A stretch of 32,000 nucleotides of DNA from assembly GCF_000172995.2 (NCBI RefSeq), contig NC_014729.1:1410001-1442000 (forward strand), written 5' to 3'. This document shows positions 16,027 through 23,425 of this stretch, one piece after another. A program made the translations under genes and the position numbers. How positions within the stretch are numbered: the first letter of the stretch is position 1; each line of letters opens with the position of its first letter. Source of the stretch: Halogeometricum borinquense DSM 11551 (GTDB lineage: Archaea; Halobacteriota; Halobacteria; Halobacteriales; Haloferacaceae). The notes beneath the pieces are model-generated. The model saw only the letters and a list, made by a program, of their open reading frames with translations. It was not told the DNA's origin and made no database searches.

Positions 16027-17196
16027 CTAATCGTCAGCGGTGACAGGACCGGACCCCACCCCAACGCGTGCCTCGATATCGTCCAAACATGCCAACCAGT
16101 CGCGCCAGAACTCTCCGCAGTGGTTCAAGAACGCCCCGTTGTTCCACTTCGCGAAGTCGCCGTCGGCGAGTGCGTCGGCCATCGCTTCGGCCGCCTCGGT
16201 CCACGTCGTCGCATCCGAACCAGCATCGTCTACGACTTCCCAGACGTGTTCGTTCAGTTCGAGACCGGGCACTTCGTTGTTCAGGTCGTCAAACGTTGGC
16301 CGCGGGGCCTTATTGTGTTCGCAGAGCGGGTAGCCGGTGAGGACTTCGCCGTCCAGAAGATCCGCCGCACGCTTGAGGAAGACGCCCGACCAGATGTCGT
16401 CGAACCGTCCGACGCTCCACTCGTTGTCGTCCATCGGGAGTTGGTAGAACGCCGGGATCACTTCGCGCTCGAAGGCGAGATTCATCGAACAGACGGTGAG
16501 ATACTGACCGGGGTCGGCCACGAAGTCGCCGGTGAAGTCCGACTTCTCGGTTCGCGTCTGCGCCTGTCCTTCCAAATCGCCGTCCATCAGGATGCGCACG
16601 GCGTCGAGGTCGGGGACGTTCGTCCACAGACCCTGCGAGGCGACGACGTTCTCGACATCCCGCTCGGTCGTTTCGACGGATTCGTCCATCGCTGAGTAGG
16701 GGTACCCCCGCGGGTAGAGACCGTGTTCGTCGGCGTTCTGGTAGAGGACGTTCACCCAGCGCTCGTCTGACCGCACCGACTCCAGTTCGCCCTCGTAGTC
16801 CAGATTCTCCATGTGACGGCCGAAGAAGTCCCACTCGTCGTGTGGGAGCGTGTCGTCGTCGATGAACACACCGCGCTCGAAGCGGGGATTTGCCCACATG
16901 TACAGAAGCCCGAAACTCGTCTGCGCGTGGGACGCCTCCGGAATCAAGTGGGTGTACGCGCCGAGGTCGTGGTTTTCGAACCATTCCTCTCGCGCTGTCC
17001 CGTCGTACACCGCCCCCTCGACGCCTTCTTCTTCCAACATCGACGCCATCTCGTCAGTGTCGCAGAAGTCCTCGGTCACGAGGAGAACGAACAGTCTGTC
17101 GAGGCCGAAGCCGTGGTCGCGGGCGTTCTCGAAGTACGCCCGCATGCAGTCGTACTCCCGAATCGTCGGAACAACGACGCAGATGTCCTGTTTCAT
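16027..17196 (-). CDS. GT75 family protein (homologue of reversibly glycosylated polypeptide / UDP-L-arabinopyranose mutase / alpha-1,4-glucan-protein synthase)
   Basis: Collinear with plant RGP hallmark blocks: VFIDDDT (DxD region), YPRGYPYS (plant RGYPFS), SQGLWTNVPDLDA (plant HGLWLNIPDYDA), CSMNLAFEREVIPAFY (plant CGMNLAFDRELIGPAMY), GRFDDIWSG (plant GRYDDMWAG). ATG start with an AAGGAG SD-like element 3 nt upstream. Confidence 0.85.
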   Translation of the reverse strand: MKQDICVVVPTIREYDCMRAYFENARDHGFGLDRLFVLLVTEDFCDTDEMASMLEEEGVEGAVYDGTAREEWFENHDLGAYTHLIPEASHAQTSFGLLYMWANPRFERGVFIDDDTLPHDEWDFFGRHMENLDYEGELESVRSDERWVNVLYQNADEHGLYPRGYPYSAMDESVETTERDVENVVASQGLWTNVPDLDAVRILMDGDLEGQAQTRTEKSDFTGDFVADPGQYLTVCSMNLAFEREVIPAFYQLPMDDNEWSVGRFDDIWSGVFLKRAADLLDGEVLTGYPLCEHNKAPRPTFDDLNNEVPGLELNEHVWEVVDDAGSDATTWTEAAEAMADALADGDFAKWNNGAFLNHCGEFWRDWLACLDDIEARVGVGSGPVTADD

Positions 17197-17208
17197 TACT
17201 CCTTAGTG

Positions 17209-17224
17209 TTTAGGCGAGCCTAAA
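17209..17224. promoter_or_regulatory. Palindromic operator candidate TTTAGG-CGAG-CCTAAA upstream of the GT75 gene
   Basis: A second copy of the same 6-N4-6 palindrome, 12 nt upstream of ATG 17196. TTCCGATTC at 17235-17243 and CGTCCCGATTC at 17252-17262 follow. Confidence 0.55.
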
Positions 17225-17298
17225 GGATCTGTCGTTCCGATTCTGATTTTCCGTCCCGATTCGCCGCGTTCATACCGTATCACCGGTGAGCATCGGGT

Positions 17299-17751
17299 GT
17301 GACTCGTTCCGTTGCCGTCGGAATCCGTGCAACGCTCCTTTTGACTCTCTCGGCAGCGACAGCGTGGCTTACTGGTGTTCCGGCGCTCTTTCCGAGTCTC
17401 GGCCCCTCCGCCTTCGTTCTCGCGGTCAGAGAGTCCGGGCCGACGCCGCGGACGGTCCTCGGCGGCCACGCCGTCGGTGTCGCCTGCGGGCTTTTCACGT
17501 ATCTCGCTGTCTCGACGTTCCTCTCGGTGCCGACGACGCCGCTTGATTTCCATCCGCCGTGGCTGGTGCTGAGCGGTGTCGTCGCGGTTGGTTTGACGAG
17601 TACGGGGATGCTCGCCTTCGACGCCGTTCACCCGCCCGCGTGCGCGACGACGCTTATCGTCGCGCTCGGTCTCATGTCCACGCCCGCCGAAGTCGCTCTC
17701 GTCCTCCCGTCGGTGGCGTCGCTGCTCGTCGTTGACCGGCTCACGGCGTGA
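17299..17751 (+). CDS. HPP family integral membrane protein
   Basis: 150 aa with four predicted TM segments and the family signature in FDAVHPPACATTLIVALG. GTG start. The 3' end overlaps the convergent helicase gene by 11 nt. Confidence 0.75.
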   Translation: MTRSVAVGIRATLLLTLSAATAWLTGVPALFPSLGPSAFVLAVRESGPTPRTVLGGHAVGVACGLFTYLAVSTFLSVPTTPLDFHPPWLVLSGVVAVGLTSTGMLAFDAVHPPACATTLIVALGLMSTPAEVALVLPSVASLLVVDRLTA

Positions 17752-20215
17752 GTTTCCGCGACGACTCACCTTCGCCGCTCAGCGCCGCCAACAGATGAAC
17801 GGCTTCTGCTTTCGAGAGGGGGTCGTTCGCGTTCCCACACTGTGGGGACTGCACGCAGGCCGGACACCCGTCCTCGCAGTCACAGTCTCGAATTAACTCG
17901 TGCGTCCGCCGTAACAGCGTCTCTACCTCGTCGTACCCGTTTTCGGTCAGGCCGACGCCACCGGGATGGCCGTCGTAGACGAAGATGGTCGATTGGTCGG
18001 TGTGAGTGTGGTGCGGCGTCGAGAGGCCGCCGATGTCGCCGCGGTCACACAGAAACGAGAGCGGAAACAGCGAAATCATCCCGTGTTCGGCCGCGTGAAT
18101 CCCGCCGGCGAATCCGTAGTCGCCGCCGGAGAGCTCGTACTGTCCCGCCCCGTCCTCGCGTGTCTCGTCTCCCATGGCGCGCATCTGCGCCTCCACGTCG
18201 CGCGGCACGGTGACGTACAGCGCCTTGGTCCGAAGCGTCGTCTCCGGCAGATTCAACGATTCGCGGCCGATGGCTTCACCGCGTTTCGGGTCCCGGCGTT
18301 CGAAGCCCGTAATCTGCTTGCGCATCGTTACGTCAGCGAACCGGACCTCGGTGTCTGGACGGGCCGACAGCGGTTTCGACCGCAGGTCTTCCTCGACGGT
18401 GATCGTTTTATCGTGCAGGACGCGCGTGTAGTAGTCCGCCCACGTTGGCTGGAGAATCGCCGTATCCCGATCCAGATCCAACTCTGTCACCTCGTAAGAC
18501 TGACCTTGGTGGTGGTATATCGCGCCGGGATGGGCGTCCCGGAGGGCGTCGCCGAACGACAGCGACGCGATGACTTCGTTCGACCGTCCGTCCAACAGAT
18601 CCACCTCCCTGCTTTCGATACTCCGCAGGCTCATTTCGTGTTGCGGACTGCCGCTACCCGAGTGCGTCCACCGGATACCGTCGTCGGTTTCGCGGCGGTC
18701 GAGTCGTCCCGCTGTCTCCAGCGCCGACACCACGTCGGGCGTCGTCTCCCCGAAGTGCCTGTCGTCGTCAGGTTTCAGCCAGTTCTCCGCAGCAGCACTC
18801 GCCACGTGGTCCGGGAGCAGTTCTTCGTTCGTGGGGTTGCAGATGGCACGCTCTGGCTCTCCGTCCCAGAACTCCTCGGGGTGGTGTAACAGATACTGGT
18901 CGAGTTGGTCTTCGCCGCCGACCAGGATGACGAGTGCGTCGTCGTCGCCGCGCCCGGCGCGCCCGGCCTGCTGGAACGCCGACATCCGCGTCCCGGGATA
19001 GCCGTCGATGAGAACGGCGTCGAGTCCGCCCACGTCCACGCCGAGTTCGAGTGCGTTCGTGGACCAGACGCCGGTGACGCTTCCGTCGTGGAGTCCGGAC
19101 TCTATCTTCCGGCGCTTTTCGTGCTTCAGTGCCGCTTGGTAGGCAGAAACTCCTGCCGCCGCCTCACTCTCGCCGCGTTCCCGTAGGTCCTCGGCACTCT
19201 CGGTGGCGTAGCGCTCTGCGGCCTGTCGCGCTCGCGTGAACGCGAGCGTTTGGTGCCCCCGTGAGAGGAGGTCTACGAACAGATTCTTCGTCTCGACGTG
19301 GCTCGACCGACGGCGACCGCTCTCCTCGCCTCGCCCGCTCTCGCGGTACTCGGGTGGGTTCCACAGGACCCAGTGCGTCGCTCCAGTTCCGCTCGTATCC
19401 TCGTCTACGAGTCGGAACGACGCCTGCTCCATCCCGGTGACGCGTGCGGCGTGTTCGACGGGATTTCCGATAGTGGCCGAACAGCAGACGTACTGCGGGT
19501 CGCTGTCGAACCGTTCGCAAATCCGATTGAGGCGCCGAAGCGTGAGGGCGACGTGACTGCCGAAGACCCCGCGGTAGCCGTGTATCTCGTCTATCACAAC
19601 CGTCTCCAGCGAGGAGAAGAACCACTCCCACAGTCGGTGGGCGTGCGGGAGGAGCGCGTAGTGGAGCATATCCGGGTTTGAGAGAAGAACCGTTGGCCGT
19701 CGGTCGCGTACGTCGCGCTTTTCGGTCTTCGACAGGCGGCCCGTGTACTGCTCGACGGAGACGCGACTGCCGAACCCGAGGGTGAACGCGAGGTCTGACA
19801 GCGTCTCGTCTTGGTCTGCGATAAGGGCATTCTGCGGGCCGAGATAGAGCGTCCGACCGCCGTGATCCATCGCGCGCTCGAACGCCGGGACGGTGTAGGC
19901 GAGGCTCTTCCCGCTGGCCGTCTGTGTGGCAAGGACGACGTTCTCGCCGTCGCGTACGGCGTCGATAGCCTCGGCTTGGTGTCGATAGAGGCGGTCGATG
20001 CCGCGGTCCGAGAGTGCGGATTGGAGACGTGATTCGAGCGCCACGTCCGCGAACTCGGGGTCTCGTGACGGGACCCGTCTGTGGTCGCGCATCTGCCCCT
20101 CGTAGTACGGCCGGTCCCGAAGCCACTCGATGAGGTCGTCCACAGTGACTCTCAGGGCGAATGCGACCTGATGGTTTCGGAAGTTTCGGGCGAACCCCCA
20201 CGGCGTCCGAAACAA
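17741..20215 (-). CDS. DExH-box helicase with C-terminal DUF1998 (MrfA/YprA-type zinc domain)
   Basis: Motif I TQTASGKSLAY, motif II VVIDEIHGYRG, motif III CCSATIGNP, motif VI FQQAGRAGRG. C-terminal four-Cys cluster CDCEDGCPACVQSPQCGN. The track start at 20215 is a TTG. The real start may be further in, for example GTG 20143 (VDDLIEWL). Confidence 0.85.
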   Translation of the reverse strand: MFRTPWGFARNFRNHQVAFALRVTVDDLIEWLRDRPYYEGQMRDHRRVPSRDPEFADVALESRLQSALSDRGIDRLYRHQAEAIDAVRDGENVVLATQTASGKSLAYTVPAFERAMDHGGRTLYLGPQNALIADQDETLSDLAFTLGFGSRVSVEQYTGRLSKTEKRDVRDRRPTVLLSNPDMLHYALLPHAHRLWEWFFSSLETVVIDEIHGYRGVFGSHVALTLRRLNRICERFDSDPQYVCCSATIGNPVEHAARVTGMEQASFRLVDEDTSGTGATHWVLWNPPEYRESGRGEESGRRRSSHVETKNLFVDLLSRGHQTLAFTRARQAAERYATESAEDLRERGESEAAAGVSAYQAALKHEKRRKIESGLHDGSVTGVWSTNALELGVDVGGLDAVLIDGYPGTRMSAFQQAGRAGRGDDDALVILVGGEDQLDQYLLHHPEEFWDGEPERAICNPTNEELLPDHVASAAAENWLKPDDDRHFGETTPDVVSALETAGRLDRRETDDGIRWTHSGSGSPQHEMSLRSIESREVDLLDGRSNEVIASLSFGDALRDAHPGAIYHHQGQSYEVTELDLDRDTAILQPTWADYYTRVLHDKTITVEEDLRSKPLSARPDTEVRFADVTMRKQITGFERRDPKRGEAIGRESLNLPETTLRTKALYVTVPRDVEAQMRAMGDETREDGAGQYELSGGDYGFAGGIHAAEHGMISLFPLSFLCDRGDIGGLSTPHHTHTDQSTIFVYDGHPGGVGLTENGYDEVETLLRRTHELIRDCDCEDGCPACVQSPQCGNANDPLSKAEAVHLLAALSGEGESSRKLTP

Positions 20216-20237
20216 GCCCTTGTAACCCCCGGCACGG

Positions 20238-20244
20238 TTTTATT
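20238..20244 (+). promoter_or_regulatory. TATA-like box (TTTTATT) for the DCC/DUF123 operon
   Basis: The only AT-rich element in the 51-bp gap. It ends 22 nt before ATG 20267, consistent with a leaderless transcript. Confidence 0.4.
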
Positions 20245-20266
20245 CGCACAGCCCTGACATTCACTC

Positions 20267-20692
20267 ATGCCCGAGTACGATGCCGTTCTCGTGTACGACG
20301 GTGAGTGCCCGTACTGTTCTATCGCGGCGCGGGCCTTGCGGGAACTGGACAACGTGGGCGCAATCTCGTGGTACGAAGACACCGCACAGGCGTTTCTCGA
20401 ACGACAGTTCGGCGAGACGCCGTTCGCCATGCTCCTCGTGGACCGCCGCGAAGAATGCGTCTACGCCGGGCGGTCGGCGGCAGCGGAACTTGCATCGCGC
20501 GCGGGAACACCGGGCATCGTGAGTTCGCTCGTCCGGGACAACTATCTCAGCATCGCAAAGGCTGTCGGCGTCGCAAGCGGCCGCGGCCGCGACCCCGCCG
20601 ACTATCACGATACCTATCCGCTGGATGCGGGTGCGGCCGACTTGTTCGGCAGTCTCGTAGCTGCTGCCGCCAAACGACCGGAGGGGCTGTAA
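20267..20692 (+). CDS. Thiol-disulfide oxidoreductase DCC family protein (DUF393)
   Basis: The N-terminal VLVYDGECPYCS matches the DCC-family CxxC signature. 141 aa. The stop overlaps the next start (TAATG at 20690-20694). Confidence 0.75.
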   Translation: MPEYDAVLVYDGECPYCSIAARALRELDNVGAISWYEDTAQAFLERQFGETPFAMLLVDRREECVYAGRSAAAELASRAGTPGIVSSLVRDNYLSIAKAVGVASGRGRDPADYHDTYPLDAGAADLFGSLVAAAAKRPEGL

Positions 20693-21195
20693 TGTCCTAC
20701 GTCCTTGCTCCGTCGGCAATCGCCGACGAGACAGACGAACTTGGCATCGGCGTGGGTGACGCCCCGCCGGGAACGTACGTGCTACTATTCGAGTTGCCGG
20801 TTTCGACCGAGATCTCGGTCGGGTCACTCGGGTCTGTGGAATTTCCGGCGGGCGCGTACGCGTATATCGGAAGCGCGTTCGGATCGAACGGACTCGGACG
20901 CGTCGCTCGCCACTGCCGCGTCGCCGCCGGTGAACACGACGTTCGTCACTGGCACGTCGATTACTTCGGTGGTCATTCCGAAACCGAACTCGTCAGTGTC
21001 GCCGCCGCGCCGCGCGCGGACGCTGAATGCGCTGTCGCCACTGCGCTCGGACCGGAGTCGTCTCCAGTTTCTGGATTCGGCTCGTCAGACTGTCGTTGCC
21101 ACGCGCACCTTGCATTCAGAAACGACCGCGAGACGCTTCGCTCTGCGGTTTTAGACTGCTTCGAAGGGAAAGAACTGGGGGAGAACCCCCAGTGA
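20692..21195 (+). CDS. DUF123 / Uri-superfamily (GIY-YIG-like) putative endonuclease
   Basis: GTYVLLFEL...GAYAYIGSA...RVARHCR...HDVRHWHVDYF matches the GxYxYxGSA ... RH ... HWHIDY pattern of archaeal DUF123. The longer track ORF (20305..21195) is spurious upstream of ATG 20692 because it overlaps the DCC gene in another frame. Confidence 0.75.
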   Translation: MSYVLAPSAIADETDELGIGVGDAPPGTYVLLFELPVSTEISVGSLGSVEFPAGAYAYIGSAFGSNGLGRVARHCRVAAGEHDVRHWHVDYFGGHSETELVSVAAAPRADAECAVATALGPESSPVSGFGSSDCRCHAHLAFRNDRETLRSAVLDCFEGKELGENPQ

Positions 21196-21353
21196 CCACG
21201 TCGGTCCGGGCAGGCCGACGCGGACTAACTGCCGGTTGTCAGAGGCACCCCGGCAAGACTACGTAGTGTTCATACCGACTTATACTCACCCGTCGGGTAG
21301 TTCGTCACGCTCCGGTAATAGGTTAAATCTCTTGCGATCCTTTATATGCCGGC

Positions 21354-21387
21354 CGATGGTCCGAACGCTTATGACAGCGTACCATCG
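21354..21387 (+). promoter_or_regulatory. Compound inverted repeat between the TATA-like box and the regulator start
   Basis: CGATGGT (21354-21360) pairs with ACCATCG (21381-21387), and an inner ACGCT (21365-21369) pairs with AGCGT (21376-21380). A TATA-like TTTATAT lies at 21341-21347 and the ATG at 21399. Confidence 0.35.
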
Positions 21388-21398
21388 AGTCGTGAGGT

Positions 21399-22190
21399 AT
21401 GCCGGGGCGAGACGCATCCGACGTACTCTGTTTGATCGAACGGCGGGAGGCCGTTCTTCGGCGCGTCGGCCCCGTCGAGCAACGGAAGCGAGACCTATCT
21501 GAGTCGCTCTCTGTCTCCCGCTCGACGGTCGATAGAGCAATTCGAGAACTCGTTGAAGCGGGATTCGTCGAACGCGGTGAAGACGGCTACGTACGGACGC
21601 TATCCGGCCGTCTTGTACTCGAAGCGTTCGACCGGTTTGCAAACCGTGCCGAAGATATCACTAACGCGGGAAATATAATTGATTTGATTGGATCGGACTC
21701 AGAATTCGATATCGCCGTTCTCGACGGTGCGGACGTTGTCGAAGCAACTCAGACGTCGCCGCACCGTCCTCTTGGCCACCTCGCGAGTATTATCGAACGG
21801 GCCGACCGAATCCACGCGTTCGCGCCAGCGGTGTTCCCGTCGCAAGTGAACACGTACCATCGCCGTATCGTTGAGGAGGGAGTGACCGCCCGCGTCCTCG
21901 TCGCTGAGAAGGTGATGAACCGCCTTGTCTCGACGTACCGGACGAAGACCCAAGAGGCGTTATCGACAGATCGGCTCGAAATCCGGTGGACGACTGACCT
22001 TCCCCCGTATAGTCTGGCTCTCGGAGAGACGGACGACGGTCCGGAACTCGGTCTCCTGACGTACGCGGACCACGGGGTAGGCGGCTTCATCGGCAACGAT
22101 TCGCCCGAGGCGGTCGAATGGGGCCGACGCACGCTTTCGCGTCTGTGGGAAGACGGGGAGCCGATTCCGATCCAGTCGGCCGATGACTGA
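21399..22190 (+). CDS. Winged-helix transcription regulator with DUF1724-like C-terminal domain
   Basis: An N-terminal wHTH (KRDLSESLSVSRSTVDRAIRELVEAGFVERGEDGY) followed by the C-terminal architecture of haloarchaeal HTH/DUF1724 regulators (LPPYSLALGETDDGPELGLLTYADHG). Confidence 0.8.
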   Translation: MPGRDASDVLCLIERREAVLRRVGPVEQRKRDLSESLSVSRSTVDRAIRELVEAGFVERGEDGYVRTLSGRLVLEAFDRFANRAEDITNAGNIIDLIGSDSEFDIAVLDGADVVEATQTSPHRPLGHLASIIERADRIHAFAPAVFPSQVNTYHRRIVEEGVTARVLVAEKVMNRLVSTYRTKTQEALSTDRLEIRWTTDLPPYSLALGETDDGPELGLLTYADHGVGGFIGNDSPEAVEWGRRTLSRLWEDGEPIPIQSADD

Positions 22191-22238
22191 TATTCGGAGA
22201 CCCAAACGGCTTACTCACCTCGTCCGCAACAGCGAGCC

Positions 22239-23363
22239 GTGTTTCCACCCCTCCCGTATCTCGAATGGATTTCCGGACGGGTCGAAGCGGCCGAGTACGA
22301 CCTCGGTTCGAGTGACCTCCGCTCGGCGCCGCACGAGTCGGATATCGTCCCCGAGAGACTGACCGGCCTTCCGGACCCCGATGATGAAACGCTCTGTGCG
22401 CAGTTGGCCGACGTGTACGACGTGTCTCCCGAGAACGTTCTCGTCACTGCAGGCGCAACACACGCGAATCTGCTCGCGGAGTCGGCGGCTCTCACTGTCG
22501 CTCTTGATGACACAGAAGAAGCCGAAGACAGCAACCCGCAGGTGTTGGTCGAAAAGCCCGGCTACCAACCCCTCGTCTTGACGCCCGGCGCACTCAGTGC
22601 CCGAGTTGATCGGTTCCTCCGTCCCGCCCGCGACGAGTACGTTCTCTCCGGTGACCGAATCACCGCCGCCGCGATGGATGACTTCGCGCTCGCTGTCACC
22701 TCAAACCGTCACAACCCGACGGGACGACTCACCTCCCGTGAGTCGCTTGCCACCGCCGCAGAGGCCTGTCGAGAGGCTGGCGGCTACCTGCTCGTTGACG
22801 AAGTGTACGCACCGTTCGTCGGTGACGCGACGACAGATCACGCATTCGGCGGCGTCACCGGCGCAGGCCTCCCGAACACTATCGTCACCGGGTCGCTGAC
22901 GAAGTTCTACGGACTCGGAGGACTCCGAATCGGCTGGCTCATCGCCTCCGCTGAAATTGTGGACGCAGCGCGCCACGCGGCGTTTCACGTTCCTGCGGTG
23001 GCCGAACCGAGTCGCGCCCTCGCCCGCCGCGCCCTCCACAACCGCGATGAACTGTCGGCGTCGGCCCGTGACCACCTCCAGACGAATCACGAACTTCTGG
23101 CTTCGTTCGCCGCCGAACACGACGAACTCTCCGGTGTGGTGTATCCGGGCAGTACGTTCGCTTTCTTCGAACACGAACACGTCTCCGGCGACGAACTAGT
23201 TGAGGCAGCGTGGGAGCAGGATATTCTCGTCGTTCCCGGTCGGTTCTTCGACCAGTCAGACGGGTTCCGCGTCGCGCTCGGCCGCGACCCAGAACACGTC
23301 GAGGCGGCCCTCGATGCGCTCTCGGGTGTCATCGAGTCGCTGTCAGCCAGTTCGGAAGCCTAA
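22239..23363 (+). CDS. Pyridoxal-phosphate-dependent aminotransferase, class I/II
   Basis: SNRHNPTG and LLVDEVYAPF motifs, plus the PLP-lysine context GSLTKFYGLGGLRIGWL. GTG start. Confidence 0.85.
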   Translation: MFPPLPYLEWISGRVEAAEYDLGSSDLRSAPHESDIVPERLTGLPDPDDETLCAQLADVYDVSPENVLVTAGATHANLLAESAALTVALDDTEEAEDSNPQVLVEKPGYQPLVLTPGALSARVDRFLRPARDEYVLSGDRITAAAMDDFALAVTSNRHNPTGRLTSRESLATAAEACREAGGYLLVDEVYAPFVGDATTDHAFGGVTGAGLPNTIVTGSLTKFYGLGGLRIGWLIASAEIVDAARHAAFHVPAVAEPSRALARRALHNRDELSASARDHLQTNHELLASFAAEHDELSGVVYPGSTFAFFEHEHVSGDELVEAAWEQDILVVPGRFFDQSDGFRVALGRDPEHVEAALDALSGVIESLSASSEA

Positions 23364-23401
23364 CTCGCCGTCGGCAAGTACTGACGCGAAACCGTGCGCA
23401 C

Positions 23402-23425
23402 CGCGGTCGAGATCAGGCGACCGCG
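23402..23425. terminator. 8-bp stem hairpin at the convergent gene junction
   Basis: CGCGGTCG (23402-23409) pairs with CGACCGCG (18-25 of line 23401, that is 23418-23425). The loop contains the dld stop codon. It lies between the convergent aminotransferase and dehydrogenase genes. A terminator role is speculative. Confidence 0.2.

Noticed and set aside
17741-20215. Reading the DUF1998 helicase as a DISARM/Druantia-type phage-defence gene
   Set aside because: No methyltransferase, PLD, SNF2 or other defence partners are nearby. Its size and fused architecture match the MrfA/YprA repair-type helicase. I kept only the weaker hypothesis of a helicase-nuclease module.
20305-20691. Upstream part of the 296-aa ORF that contains the DUF123 gene
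   Set aside because: This part is Arg-rich and overlaps the well-supported DCC gene in another frame. The DUF123 homology begins at ATG 20692, which overlaps the DCC stop (TAATG).
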